Below, one piece after another: positions 1 to 10,599 of a stretch of 64,000 nt of DNA; position 1 is the stretch's first letter, and each line of letters begins with the position of its first letter. The stretch is from a bacterium (GTDB lineage Bacteria; Margulisbacteria; Marinamargulisbacteria; JABIPA01): the NCBI GenBank assembly GCA_018698675.1, contig JABIPA010000023.1, forward strand, positions 106,937-170,936, read 5' to 3'. The translations under genes were made by a program, and so were the position numbers. The notes beneath the pieces were generated by a model, which was not told the DNA's origin, made no database searches, and saw nothing but the letters and a program-made list of their open reading frames with translations.

Positions 1-87
1 GATATTGGGGGTGAGTTGAATTTTACAAATATCGACGCTGGGACCTATTTTCAACAAGGATTTATTCGAGCTGGGTTTAGATTCTAA
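1..87 (+). CDS. 3' end of an outer-membrane beta-barrel-like protein, paralog of 94..936 (partial)
   Basis: Frame 1 reads DIGGELNFTNIDAGTYFQQGFIRAGFRF*, matching the C-terminus of the next ORF (DLGGEF...TYSQQAFIRAGFRF*); terminal Phe is typical of OMPs. Confidence 0.75.
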   Translation, partial: DIGGELNFTNIDAGTYFQQGFIRAGFRF

Positions 88-93
88 TCTTAA

Positions 94-936
94 ATGGAGA
101 AAAATATGAAATTAAAAAAAAATACACTAATAGTTATTCTATTTATAATGATTGGAGCATTGCCTATTCAAGCATTGGAAAATTCGACTAGTAGTCAGAA
201 AGAATCAAAGTTATCCAATTATGAAACGTCATTGAAAAATGAAAAAACATATGATGAAGACGATCCAATATCTCACATCTTTTTATCAATGCTTGAGCAA
301 CTTTTGCTACATAAAAGTGATATTGACGAAAGACTTCCCAAACAATATCAAACATCCGCGGTAAAAAGTTATGAAAACTTTACGGGGCCATATCAATTTA
401 ATTACGGAACCCGATTTAACGATAAAGCTTTCGATAATAAAACAGGCAGCCAAGGAAGCTTTAGCAAGAGGCTTCCTAATGCTTATAATCAAGATGGAAC
501 TGTCGCATCAAGTATTGAGCTCGGAATTGATTTAAAGAAATTTGAAGAAAGTGATGGTGAGTCGACATGGGAACAGGTTTATGTTCGTTTCAACAATGCA
601 CAGCTATATCAAAGTACAAGTTCTGGACTAGGGTTTAAACTGGGATTGGGAGGAACAACATTTAACGATGTGACGAAGGTAGGCTTCTTATTTGGAACTG
701 ATTATTCATTTTATGATTTTTTAGGCAACTACTCATTGCATGCAGATTATAATGCAATTTTATACGATACCGGGGCTTCACAGTTTCAACTATCAATCGG
801 TTCTAATATGATGTCATATATTAGACTATACCTTTGGAAACTCAATCTTGATTTGGGTGGTGAATTTAAGATTATTAACGGTGATAGCGAAACATATTCT
901 CAGCAGGCGTTTATTCGAGCTGGGTTTAGATTCTAA
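94..936 (+). CDS. Exported protein, probable outer-membrane beta-barrel
   Basis: Sec signal (KKNTLIVILFIMIGALPIQA), amphipathic aromatic-rich strands, C-terminal ...FIRAGFRF. Confidence 0.65.
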   Translation: MEKNMKLKKNTLIVILFIMIGALPIQALENSTSSQKESKLSNYETSLKNEKTYDEDDPISHIFLSMLEQLLLHKSDIDERLPKQYQTSAVKSYENFTGPYQFNYGTRFNDKAFDNKTGSQGSFSKRLPNAYNQDGTVASSIELGIDLKKFEESDGESTWEQVYVRFNNAQLYQSTSSGLGFKLGLGGTTFNDVTKVGFLFGTDYSFYDFLGNYSLHADYNAILYDTGASQFQLSIGSNMMSYIRLYLWKLNLDLGGEFKIINGDSETYSQQAFIRAGFRF

Positions 937-981
937 ATCCAGCGATTGCGAAAGGCATGAGATTTAGATAAACTTTTTCGT

Positions 982-1440
982 ATGAATTATTGGCTAATGA
1001 AATGTGAACCTAATGTATACTCGATTGATGACCTTATAAAAGATGGGGTTACTCAATGGGAGGGCGTTCGTAACTATCAAGCCAGAAATTTCATGAGAGA
1101 CAGAATGAAGATTGGAGATATCGCCTTTTTTTATCATTCAAATTCTAAACCTTCCGGTATAATTGGCCTTTGTGAAGTATGTAAGGAAAGTTATCCGGAT
1201 TATTTTGCTTGGGATGAAAGTTCGAAGTATTGCGATCCAAAATCGTCCAAGGAGAACCCTAGATGGTTTATGGTTGATGTTAAATTTAAACAAAAATTTA
1301 GATCGCTTATTTCCTTAAAGGAACTTAAAGAGCATGAGGCATTGTCTGACATGATGGTCGTTCAAAAAGGAAGTCGACTTTCGATAAACCCGGTAGAAAA
1401 AAAACATGTCGATTATATAATGGAAAACTTGGTGTCATGA
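982..1440 (+). CDS. EVE domain protein
   Basis: MNYWLMKCEP, WEGVRNYQARNFM, FFYHS, RLSINPV motifs. Confidence 0.93.
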   Translation: MNYWLMKCEPNVYSIDDLIKDGVTQWEGVRNYQARNFMRDRMKIGDIAFFYHSNSKPSGIIGLCEVCKESYPDYFAWDESSKYCDPKSSKENPRWFMVDVKFKQKFRSLISLKELKEHEALSDMMVVQKGSRLSINPVEKKHVDYIMENLVS

Positions 1441-1730
1441 ATACTTCAAATAACGACATTACTTCAAAACAGTTAACTGCTATGGTCATTTATTGGCTAA
1501 ACAAAAATGAATACTCAAAAAATCATTGGAACGTTGTAGCTAATGAAATGATGGAAAAATCTAAAAATGACAAAGAAAAGGCAGAACAATTTCTTGCAGA
1601 AGCTTTAATTTCTTTTCATAAAATTTACAAAGAGACGGTTATTCAACCTGACAATCTTCTTTTTGCCATGATTTCGGATTGTTTTGACTTAGTTGATTGG
1701 TTGGAAGTCGCCAGAAGCAAGTACGACTAG
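1437..1730 (+). CDS. Small hypothetical protein, translationally coupled to the EVE gene
   Basis: 97-aa ORF with ATGA overlap. Confidence 0.6.
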   Translation: MNTSNNDITSKQLTAMVIYWLNKNEYSKNHWNVVANEMMEKSKNDKEKAEQFLAEALISFHKIYKETVIQPDNLLFAMISDCFDLVDWLEVARSKYD

Positions 1731-1761
1731 TATTCGTTTTGAAAACTAGCCGCGATTAACC

Positions 1762-3216
1762 TTAGATTTCCTCGTCTCTTTCCAATAGAACCATAGATTC
1801 CATGTGATACGTTTGAGGAAACATATCGAGCAATACTGCCTTTTTTAAACTGTATCCATTATTTAAAAAAGATTTAAGATCAGAAGATAGCGTTTCGGGG
1901 TTGCATGAAATGTATAATATTTTAAAAGGGTTTAATTTGATAATAGCCTCTCTAACAGATGCGTGAAGCCCTGCCCGAGGTGGGTTTGTACAAACTGCAT
2001 CCAAATGAGTATTTAGTGAACCTAATGCATCTTCAGCCTTTTTATGTATGAGTTCGATGTTTTTAATTTCATTTTCAGCAATATTTTCTCGTGCATCGTT
2101 TATAGATGATTCGCTAGACTCAACGCAAATGACTTCTTTGACAAACCTCGAAAAATAGATGCTCATTCCGCTCGTCCCACTATAACAATCTAAAAGGGTA
2201 TCTGTTTTGGAAAGGTCCAACAGCTCAGTAGCTTTTTTCCAGAATGTTTCTAACATGAGGCCATTTGCTTGAACGAAAGAATCTAATGATTGTTGCAACT
2301 TAATTCCTGCATAGTTGAAATAGAGTTTTTCTTCCCCGTGTAGCAATGTTGTTTCTGAACCAAATAGATCCCATTCATCTCCACTATTAATGTTTAATAG
2401 TATTGATGATAGTTCTGGAATCTCGTCTATTAAGTGTTTACATAAATCTTTGAAAAAAAGTTTTTCATCTATTTTTGAAATAAAGCCAACCATAAGTTGT
2501 GTTGAACATGGACTTACTCTTGTAAAAAATTGTGAGAATTGAGAACAATCTTTTCCTTTATCTCGTTGTTTAGTTAGCCAGTTTTTTATTAATGTCAAAA
2601 CGGTATTTGATAGAGGGTGTTGTACCGCACAATCGTCTATGTTAACGATAGACTGGCTTCTTGATGCAGACAGACCAATGGATTCATTTTTAATTACAAA
2701 TTGAGATTTATAACGATAGTTCCATGGAGATAACGAAGGAAGAATTTCAATAGATTTAGAAAAGTCGAAAGGGCTTTTAGATTGTACGTCTTTTAATTGA
2801 GAAGAAAGACTGTTTGAAAATTGATTAAGTTTGATATCAAGCTGTTCTGAGTAGGGAACGTGTTGGTAATGACAGCCTCCGCATTTTCCAAATACGTTGC
2901 ATTTTGGAAACTCTACTGTTGGGTCGTCTTCAACAATTTCCAAGCACTTTGCAAAAATAAATGAAGGTCCAATTTTTAAGAGTTGGACTTTAATTTTTTC
3001 GAAAGGTTTTACATATGGGACTAGTATTTTCTGATTGTCATAAATTCCGATAGCTAAACCTTTTGTTCCCCATTCTGTAATTTTAAGGGTAATAACATCG
3101 TTCTTCTTTAGGTTATGCTTTGGAGCCAATTTAGGGGTTTTCTTTTTTTTTGCCTTATTAATGGCTGAATTTTTAGTTTGATTTACGTTTTCTGAAAAGT
3201 GTTTTCGTGAATTCAT
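1762..3216 (-). CDS. rlmD: 23S rRNA m5U methyltransferase, RlmD/TrmA family
   Basis: TRAM domain, Fe-S motif C-x5-CGGC, SFVQAN, NPPRAG, YISCNP, DMFPQTYHME. Confidence 0.9.
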   Translation of the reverse strand: MNSRKHFSENVNQTKNSAINKAKKKKTPKLAPKHNLKKNDVITLKITEWGTKGLAIGIYDNQKILVPYVKPFEKIKVQLLKIGPSFIFAKCLEIVEDDPTVEFPKCNVFGKCGGCHYQHVPYSEQLDIKLNQFSNSLSSQLKDVQSKSPFDFSKSIEILPSLSPWNYRYKSQFVIKNESIGLSASRSQSIVNIDDCAVQHPLSNTVLTLIKNWLTKQRDKGKDCSQFSQFFTRVSPCSTQLMVGFISKIDEKLFFKDLCKHLIDEIPELSSILLNINSGDEWDLFGSETTLLHGEEKLYFNYAGIKLQQSLDSFVQANGLMLETFWKKATELLDLSKTDTLLDCYSGTSGMSIYFSRFVKEVICVESSESSINDARENIAENEIKNIELIHKKAEDALGSLNTHLDAVCTNPPRAGLHASVREAIIKLNPFKILYISCNPETLSSDLKSFLNNGYSLKKAVLLDMFPQTYHMESMVLLERDEEI

Positions 3217-3265
3217 TTTGTGTTTCTCTTTTAAATAATAATTAATATGACCTTAGCGAATTAAG

Positions 3266-4015
3266 TTAATTGATAATGTCAGAACTAGGCAACGTCTTTT
3301 TTGGATTAATCTTGGAAACTAAGTCAAAAAGTTTATGGAAAAGGCGGATATCACGCTTCTCAAGAACGGCTCGAGAAAATACTCGTTTGAAAAGCCCGGT
3401 AAAATTTTCAACACCTTTTCTAGTATCTATAGGCAAGTCAGATATTACTGTTTCAAGTTTAGAATATAGAATAGATTCCTCATGTTTTTCGGCAGGCGTC
3501 CATCGATAGGATTCTGTGCCACCTTTGTGATGATCAAAATTAAACCACTCATAAAGGTAGATCAAAACAGCCTGAGATAAATTGAAAACGGAGTTTTCTT
3601 GGCTAGCAGGAATTGAAGACTGAAAATTGCAATAAGATAAGTCTTCATTTGTTAGTCCAGAATCTTCTCTACCAAATACTATTCCAATTTTTGAAGAACT
3701 AGCCATTTCTGACGTTTTCTCAAAAATTTCTTTTGGGTAATAGAAGGGAACCTGCTTATCTCGTCTTCGTTGAGTTGTTCCTACAAGGACGTGGTGATCT
3801 TTGCAACAATCCGAAAGATTTTCCCTCACTTCGGCGGCGTATAAAAGTGGTTTAGCATGTTTTGCTAGCATAAAAGCTTCATCGACAAGGTAGTCACAAG
3901 GATTGATTAGGATAATTGATTTTATTCCAAAATTCATACATGCACGTGCAATGGAGCCAATGTTTTCAGGATATTTTGGTCGTACAACAATTATCGATAA
4001 ATTTGATGTGTTCAT
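3266..4015 (-). CDS. trmJ: SpoU-family tRNA methyltransferase, TrmJ/LasT-like
   Basis: PENIGSIARACMNFG, VFGREDSGL, FNLSQAV. Confidence 0.85.
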   Translation of the reverse strand: MNTSNLSIIVVRPKYPENIGSIARACMNFGIKSIILINPCDYLVDEAFMLAKHAKPLLYAAEVRENLSDCCKDHHVLVGTTQRRRDKQVPFYYPKEIFEKTSEMASSSKIGIVFGREDSGLTNEDLSYCNFQSSIPASQENSVFNLSQAVLIYLYEWFNFDHHKGGTESYRWTPAEKHEESILYSKLETVISDLPIDTRKGVENFTGLFKRVFSRAVLEKRDIRLFHKLFDLVSKINPKKTLPSSDIIN

Positions 4016-4158
4016 TATTAAGCATTAAATATAGTAAAAAAAATGGAAAACCAACAGCTTCTTTAGATATCTTTCTGAATTAATAAGGGGATTGGTTATG
4101 AATGACGTCTAATATTTTTATTGACGACAATAATATGGATTTTTAATCAATATCTGAA

Positions 4159-4773
4159 TTAAAGGCGCCAATTAAAATAAATTGCAATAATTCTAAGAAA
4201 AAATGTGAAAATTATAGATAAAATTGATGCAATCCCCATTTCCAAATTTAAGGCAAGTAGACACATATAAAATACGGACCCAACAAAAGCTACAGATGCA
4301 TACAAACTAGATTTTCGATATACCATTGGAATTTCATGACAGGATACGTCTCGAATTAACCCACCAAACGTGGCAGACATTGTTGCAAAAATAGCGACTA
4401 GTGTTGGTGATAAATTAACTTCCATGGCAATTTGGGAACTAGAAATAGTAAAGAGTGCGATTCCAAGGGCATCTGGAATTGTTAGCCACTTTTCCTTGAT
4501 ACCTATTTTTGGAAAGATATAAAAAAATGTTGCTAGAAGAAGGATAAATAAAGGGTATTCAGAATGGGATATCCAATATACGGGTGTTCTGTCTAATATT
4601 AGGTCTCTTAATGTTCCTCCACCAAAAGCCGTAACACAAGCGATGATATACATACCAACAAGGTCAAAATCCTTTTGCCGTGCAAGAATGATTCCTGAAA
4701 CCGCGAAAGAGGCGATTCCGATTGATTCAATGATATAAAATCCGTTTTCTACAAAAAAAGAAACAGTTGGCAT
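4159..4773 (-). CDS. UPF0126 / trimeric intracellular cation channel family membrane protein
   Basis: Repeated TAFGGGTLRD / ATFGGLIRD motifs, DALG, multiple TM helices. Confidence 0.9.
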   Translation of the reverse strand: MPTVSFFVENGFYIIESIGIASFAVSGIILARQKDFDLVGMYIIACVTAFGGGTLRDLILDRTPVYWISHSEYPLFILLLATFFYIFPKIGIKEKWLTIPDALGIALFTISSSQIAMEVNLSPTLVAIFATMSATFGGLIRDVSCHEIPMVYRKSSLYASVAFVGSVFYMCLLALNLEMGIASILSIIFTFFLRIIAIYFNWRL

Positions 4774-4988
4774 TTTGACTACCTCCTTACAAATTCATTG
4801 CCCAAATATTATAAAAATAGATAAACATTTGATCGTTTAGTAAATCAAGATTGTTTATGCAGTTATAACATACCTTTCTACCCGTTAAATACATGTTATA
4901 ATCCTCGCAATAAAATGAGTTTTGCAAAGTAATAGGAATTCCTTTGCTTTTCTCAAATTCTCAAAAACTATAACTGGAGACTATTTAA

Positions 4989-6599
4989 ATGATTTCAACC
5001 TCAGAACTTACCCTTTCTTTTAGTGGAAGGACCTTATTTGAAAATGTTAGCGTAAAATTTGTAGATGGAAACTGTTACGGCCTTATTGGCGCAAACGGGG
5101 CTGGAAAATCTACCTTCCTAAAAATCCTTTCGGGTGAAATTGAACAATCTAGCGGACTCGTTATTATGGAAGATGGTAAAACTCTTTCAGTTTTGAAGCA
5201 GGATCAATTTGCACATGAAGATTTTGAAGTAATCGACGTTGTTTTGATGGGGAATCCTGCTCTTTATAAAATATATGAGGAACGAAAAGTCTTGTACGCT
5301 AAAGACGAAATGACAGAATCTGAAGGTCTTAGAGTAGGTGATTTAGAAGTAGAGTTCGGTGAGATGGGTGGATACACGTCGGAGGCAGATGCTTCATCGA
5401 TGTTGGCCGATTTGGGTATAGCTGAGGACCTTCATTATAAAACGATGAAAGAACTAGCTCCTGGAGAAAAAATCAGAGTTCTTTTAGCACAAGCTTTATT
5501 TGGAGACCCTGATGTTTTACTTTTAGATGAGCCAACAAACCAATTAGATTATGCATCTGTTTTATGGCTTGAAAAATATCTCATGGATATTAAAAACACC
5601 GTAATTGTTGTTTCACATGATCGGCATTTTTTAAATAGGGTTTGTACACATACCGCTGACCTTGATTATAAAGAAATTAAAATCTATCCAGGTAATTACG
5701 ACTTTTGGAAGAAATCTAGTGAATTATCGGCAGCACAACGATTAGATAAAAATAAGAAAATTGAAGGTCGTGTAAAAGAACTTGAGGATTTTGTAAGACG
5801 ATTTAGTGCAAATGCTTCAAAGTCAAAACAAGCGACATCTAGAAAGAAGCTAATTGAGAAGTTATCGCCTGAAGAACTTCCCGTATCTTCGCGTAGATCG
5901 CCTTATATAAGTTTTACTCCAGTATCCAAATGTGGAACAGATGTTGTGAAGGTGAAGCAAGTATCTCATACAGTTGAAGGCGAGTTAGTATTAAACAACG
6001 TTTCATTTACTATTAATAAAAACGAAAAAGTAGCGATTATTGGTGACAATTCCATTACTAAAACGACGTTATTACAAATATTGGCCGGAGAAATAACTCC
6101 AGATAAAGGTGAAGTTGAATGGGGAGATAGCGTTCAATTTACATCATTCCCTAAAGACAACACTAAATTTTTTGACACAGGGGCTACATTGCTTGAATGG
6201 CTAACAGACTTTAGTGAAACAAATGAAATTCAAGAAGTACGTGGTTTTTTAGGGCGAATGTTATTTTCTGGTGATGATGTAAAAAAAGTGGTATCTGTAT
6301 TATCGGGTGGAGAGAAAGCAAGAGCAATGTTTTCTAAAATGATGGTAACAAGTGCGAATACGTTGATTTTTGACGAACCTACTGACCATTTAGACCTTGA
6401 ATCTATTTCTAGTTTAAACGAAGGGCTTTCGGCTTATTCGGAATGTTTGATTTTTACGTCTCACGACTACGAACTTTTAAACACAGTAGCAAACAGAATA
6501 ATTGAGGTCTCTCCTAAAGGACACTTAGATCAACGAACTAGCTTTAGCGAGTATATGGAAAGTGAAATCGTAGCTAAGAAAAGACTGAAACTAAAATAA
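4989..6599 (+). CDS. ABC-F family ATPase (YbiT/YkpA-like)
   Basis: Two ABC domains (GANGAGKST, LLLDEPTN; LSGGEK, FDEPTDHLD), no TM, linker FSANASKSKQATSR. Confidence 0.92.
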   Translation: MISTSELTLSFSGRTLFENVSVKFVDGNCYGLIGANGAGKSTFLKILSGEIEQSSGLVIMEDGKTLSVLKQDQFAHEDFEVIDVVLMGNPALYKIYEERKVLYAKDEMTESEGLRVGDLEVEFGEMGGYTSEADASSMLADLGIAEDLHYKTMKELAPGEKIRVLLAQALFGDPDVLLLDEPTNQLDYASVLWLEKYLMDIKNTVIVVSHDRHFLNRVCTHTADLDYKEIKIYPGNYDFWKKSSELSAAQRLDKNKKIEGRVKELEDFVRRFSANASKSKQATSRKKLIEKLSPEELPVSSRRSPYISFTPVSKCGTDVVKVKQVSHTVEGELVLNNVSFTINKNEKVAIIGDNSITKTTLLQILAGEITPDKGEVEWGDSVQFTSFPKDNTKFFDTGATLLEWLTDFSETNEIQEVRGFLGRMLFSGDDVKKVVSVLSGGEKARAMFSKMMVTSANTLIFDEPTDHLDLESISSLNEGLSAYSECLIFTSHDYELLNTVANRIIEVSPKGHLDQRTSFSEYMESEIVAKKRLKLK

Positions 6600-6631
6600 A
6601 GTTCCTCTGAACGGGGGACAGGAGGACCAAA

Positions 6632-8476
6632 ATGTATAAAGTACTAGCTTTAAACCTAGAGGAAGTAGACTGTGATTTTCATGATTGTGCAGACGAAGAC
6701 TGGCGACGAGATTTAGCGAATTCGCAGTCGAATGTCTTAGTTGCAAACGAGGAATTTAGGGTAGACGATAAAAATGAGACTAATTACTCATTTACTGGAA
6801 CCTGTGAACCGCGAACTCCTTCAGACACATACTGGTCAGACTTCCAAGATAGGGTGGATGTAATTCAAGAAGGAAACCTATTTCACAAAGTTCAAAGGCA
6901 AGTAAAGAATTTTGAATTTGAGGCAGCTATTTTTCCAGTAGGTAAAAGCAGTATTGAGCTGATTGTTACAAAATTTAATACCGACACATTTTCAGATTTC
7001 AAAGAATTACATCGTCAAACGTATAAATGTTCGATCTCAAATATAATTTCAACATACATGGATGACAGTGGAAAATTTTTTATTGAGGTTTTATCAACTA
7101 AGGGGTTAACCGATTCTAAAGCTAAGAATCTCATTGGCGTTATTCCTGTAGAGTTTAGAGCAATTGGTAAAATGCCAGTATTTAAAGCAGCATCGGATAA
7201 ACAAGGTATCCTCAATCTAGGACATTTTGAGTTTTTGAAAGAACCTAAAGAGCGCATTATTAATACGATACGAAATGCGATACAAGATGTAAGTAAACAG
7301 GATTATATTAGTGTCGGCCTTGATGAAACGTGTTTCGGAGGGCTTTTTGCTCAAACATTTTTGCTTACTGAATTCGCGGCTTTTCCTTCTCCAAGTGTTC
7401 ACGGAATAGTTGGTTCCTATACTCCAGAAAGAGCCAATTTTTTGGATGATTATCCTATAAGTTATGTTTTACCCGGGTCAATTGGTGCTATCGAAGAACG
7501 AGTTGGACTCGCACACACTGACCGCGAATGTCAACAATTGATACGCGATTTTAATAATTGGGAATTTGGAGAATTGGATACTAATTCAAATGAAAGAATT
7601 AATAAGTTTTTTAAGTTGCAAAGAGAAGATATTGGTTCCCGTACATTTAGAGTCACATTATACCCAGAAATATATGCCGAAAAAATTGTAAATATGGCTA
7701 GAAGTATGGGACCTCAAAAGGTGGCATTGATTGCTTCTGATAGAGGTGTCTTAACACAGTTTCAAAATCAGATGAAGTATTGGGCGTCATACCCGATGTT
7801 TAAGAGAAATACATTACCGGATTTTAAAGAGCCAATGATTGAAGCGTTACAAGAATTAGTTAAGGAGTCTGTTTACCCGGCCAAGCCTTTCGATATCGTT
7901 AAGAGTGGCGATGTAATGTCTATTGGAGTTGTTCATCCCAAATATTGGTTAGAGACAGTGTCTGTTGACGAGCCATTGAGTCCTGATCGTTTCAATACCT
8001 TTCATTCATTTAATTTAAGAGAGAATGGTTTGGACACTTTTTTATCGAATGTTTTTGACGCAGGAATATTACCGATTGTGTTTGGTGAAGGTCGAAGTCG
8101 ATATAACTCTACATTGTCCAAAGAGTCGTTTAATTCTTTTCTTCAACGTGGGGAAGGGTACTTATATTCATCATTTGATAACGTTACAAAAAATGAAAAT
8201 GGAAAAATAGAGGGTCGTAGACTTTCAGAAAATTTAATTTTTGAGGATTCTGGAAACCCAAAAGATTTAAAGGCTAGAGATACATTGAATAAAAGAGATT
8301 CGATTACTGTTGAATCTATTAATACCTATCGACAATATTTAGAAGAAATTCCTAATTCGCCTCCTAGTCTTTTTGTGATATTACGAGAAAGTAGTCACTT
8401 ACGAAATATCACAGAGAAGTCTTGGCTTTACCATAGTACCTTTGGATCTTATGCCAAAGATAAGGATGAAGAATAA
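6632..8476 (+). CDS. Orphan protein, paralog of 8485..10464, candidate secreted effector
   Basis: 614-aa ORF with GGAGG RBS; shares many blocks with the downstream ORF; starts MYKVLALN. Confidence 0.75.
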   Translation: MYKVLALNLEEVDCDFHDCADEDWRRDLANSQSNVLVANEEFRVDDKNETNYSFTGTCEPRTPSDTYWSDFQDRVDVIQEGNLFHKVQRQVKNFEFEAAIFPVGKSSIELIVTKFNTDTFSDFKELHRQTYKCSISNIISTYMDDSGKFFIEVLSTKGLTDSKAKNLIGVIPVEFRAIGKMPVFKAASDKQGILNLGHFEFLKEPKERIINTIRNAIQDVSKQDYISVGLDETCFGGLFAQTFLLTEFAAFPSPSVHGIVGSYTPERANFLDDYPISYVLPGSIGAIEERVGLAHTDRECQQLIRDFNNWEFGELDTNSNERINKFFKLQREDIGSRTFRVTLYPEIYAEKIVNMARSMGPQKVALIASDRGVLTQFQNQMKYWASYPMFKRNTLPDFKEPMIEALQELVKESVYPAKPFDIVKSGDVMSIGVVHPKYWLETVSVDEPLSPDRFNTFHSFNLRENGLDTFLSNVFDAGILPIVFGEGRSRYNSTLSKESFNSFLQRGEGYLYSSFDNVTKNENGKIEGRRLSENLIFEDSGNPKDLKARDTLNKRDSITVESINTYRQYLEEIPNSPPSLFVILRESSHLRNITEKSWLYHSTFGSYAKDKDEE

Positions 8477-8484
8477 GGTAAAAA

Positions 8485-10464
8485 ATGTATAAAATTATTT
8501 CTCTGAACGTCCGAGATAATAAATCGGTTCAGGGAGAAACTATCATACATATTGGCGTAGATTTAGCTTGTTTGGCTCTTTCTATTGCAAATCAGATTCC
8601 TTTGTTGTTTGTTCTGTATATTTTAGCTTTTCAGAATCTGGGAGCACTTGCGACGGAAAATGCGATTGGCGATCAATGTGACTCTTCTGGATTTTGTCAA
8701 AATTCAGAAGGTCGGGTTGGGTATTGGGATCAGTATCAAGATAGAATTAATTTTATGGGTTCTAATAAGGATGTTTCTTTAGAGCATAAAATTCAAACGT
8801 TAATAGGCGATTTAGTGTATGAAGCCGCAATTTTTCCTATTGATGACACTCAACTTGAAATAATGATATCGCATTTTAATCGAACGACTTACTCAGATTT
8901 TAAAGAAATTTATAGAAGAACACATTTTTTTCCACTTAGCGATATTCGATCTACTTTTATTGATGATAAGGGTTTGTTAAAAATAGATATGGTGAAGGGT
9001 AAAAAACAACGATCAAATTCAAAAAAAGTTAAGTTTACGACTGATTCTGGTATCGCCAATTTTAAACCTCGATCCAGAAATGGAGTTCTTGAAATGAGTA
9101 GTTTTGAGTTTTTTGTAAAACCATTTGAAGAGGAAGCAAATGCATTGAGTAGCGAGTTAACGGATATGCTTGGCTACAATAGTTTTATTGGAATAAACTT
9201 AAACAGAGATTATTTTGGCGGTGTTTTTGCTCAAACTTTTCTTACAAATGAATTGGGTTTGGTGAGTTCAAAAACGCCTCATTATATCTACAATGATTTT
9301 ATTGAGGGAGATGAAACCTTAATGAAAGATCGTAACGTTAGCTACCTTTTTACAGGCGACTTAACTACCATAGAAAATGGGGTGTCAGCTGGGAACTATG
9401 AAGATATTGATAGGCAGATAAAATCAGGGTTTTTTAGTGGGTTGGATGAAGATACCTTGAAAAGGGTGAGTCGATTTATAGACTTTAGAAAACAATATAG
9501 AACTCCTCCATCGTTTGAATTTAGAACAACTCTTTTTCCGAAATTTGTAGCTGAGTTAAATTCGAAGAAGAGTCTACCTCTCATTGCTAGTGGCGAACTG
9601 GTTGTGTTAATTACTCCCGATGACCATGTGTTAGACGAATTTCAAGATCAAATGACCTATTGGTCCAAATTTCCATCTTTTCCAGAGAATCATTTTAAAA
9701 AATTAAGCGTTTCGAAGAATGAGAAACTTACTATGTCGATTGAAACTGAACTTAGTCCTTTGTTTTCGCCCGAAGGAATAAAGTTTAAGAACGGAGATGT
9801 ATTTTCAATCGGTGTTATAGACCCTGGAAAAAGTCTAATATCAGCTAGTATTGAAGGAAAAATGGATTTCGGCCAATTGGAAAACTATCATCGGTCATTC
9901 GTCACAGGTAACGGCTTAGATTCCTTTTTTAATCGTTTACTTAAATCTGGAATAGTCCCAATAGTGATTAACCCAGCCATAGATTCGAAAAATCATACGT
10001 TGTCTGAGGACGACTTTAATTCGGCTCTTCAAAAAGGCGACTCAGTTATATTTTTACCAAGAGAAAATGGTTTGGAATTTGAAAATACGTGGGTGTTAGA
10101 GAATGATATCAATCGTAATTTGGGAATGTTTAAGACTTCAAATAAATCTCAACCTTGTGGGATCGTTAATGAAACGGTAAATATGATGGAGTCTTATAGG
10201 TCAAAAGTAAACAAAATAGAAAGCAGTGTCGTTTCAACCTATATTAGATATACAGAGTATTTAGATACGTCCTCGAAAGTTCGGCCTAATGTTTGGAATA
10301 TTCTAAGTCCTTGGTCAAGTTTTGGAGATGATCCAAGTAGATCGTGGAACAACAAACATACGTTTGCAATGTATTCGAAGATGGGCTTAGCAATGTCAGA
10401 ATTTTATCGGTTTAACTATAATCTGGATGAATTTGAAAGTAGACGAAATCAATGTATTTTGTAG
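8485..10464 (+). CDS. Orphan protein, paralog of 6632..8476, candidate secreted effector
   Basis: 659-aa ORF; starts MYKIISLN; hydrophobic segment at about aa 27-55. Confidence 0.75.
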   Translation: MYKIISLNVRDNKSVQGETIIHIGVDLACLALSIANQIPLLFVLYILAFQNLGALATENAIGDQCDSSGFCQNSEGRVGYWDQYQDRINFMGSNKDVSLEHKIQTLIGDLVYEAAIFPIDDTQLEIMISHFNRTTYSDFKEIYRRTHFFPLSDIRSTFIDDKGLLKIDMVKGKKQRSNSKKVKFTTDSGIANFKPRSRNGVLEMSSFEFFVKPFEEEANALSSELTDMLGYNSFIGINLNRDYFGGVFAQTFLTNELGLVSSKTPHYIYNDFIEGDETLMKDRNVSYLFTGDLTTIENGVSAGNYEDIDRQIKSGFFSGLDEDTLKRVSRFIDFRKQYRTPPSFEFRTTLFPKFVAELNSKKSLPLIASGELVVLITPDDHVLDEFQDQMTYWSKFPSFPENHFKKLSVSKNEKLTMSIETELSPLFSPEGIKFKNGDVFSIGVIDPGKSLISASIEGKMDFGQLENYHRSFVTGNGLDSFFNRLLKSGIVPIVINPAIDSKNHTLSEDDFNSALQKGDSVIFLPRENGLEFENTWVLENDINRNLGMFKTSNKSQPCGIVNETVNMMESYRSKVNKIESSVVSTYIRYTEYLDTSSKVRPNVWNILSPWSSFGDDPSRSWNNKHTFAMYSKMGLAMSEFYRFNYNLDEFESRRNQCIL

Positions 10465-10599
10465 CCTTTTAAAATGTGTTCCAATACCTAGGTAATTCGT
10501 CTATGTTTGGAATATTCCTTTAAAGGGAATTGTGTTTAATTAGGGAATTTCGAAAAATGTATTGAAATTGTCTAAAATACGACAATAGGGGCTATTAGT

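Noticed and set aside
982-1730. EVE protein plus small ORF as a modification-dependent defence or toxin-antitoxin module
   Set aside because: The EVE protein is the common stand-alone type and the partner shows no nuclease or toxin motif
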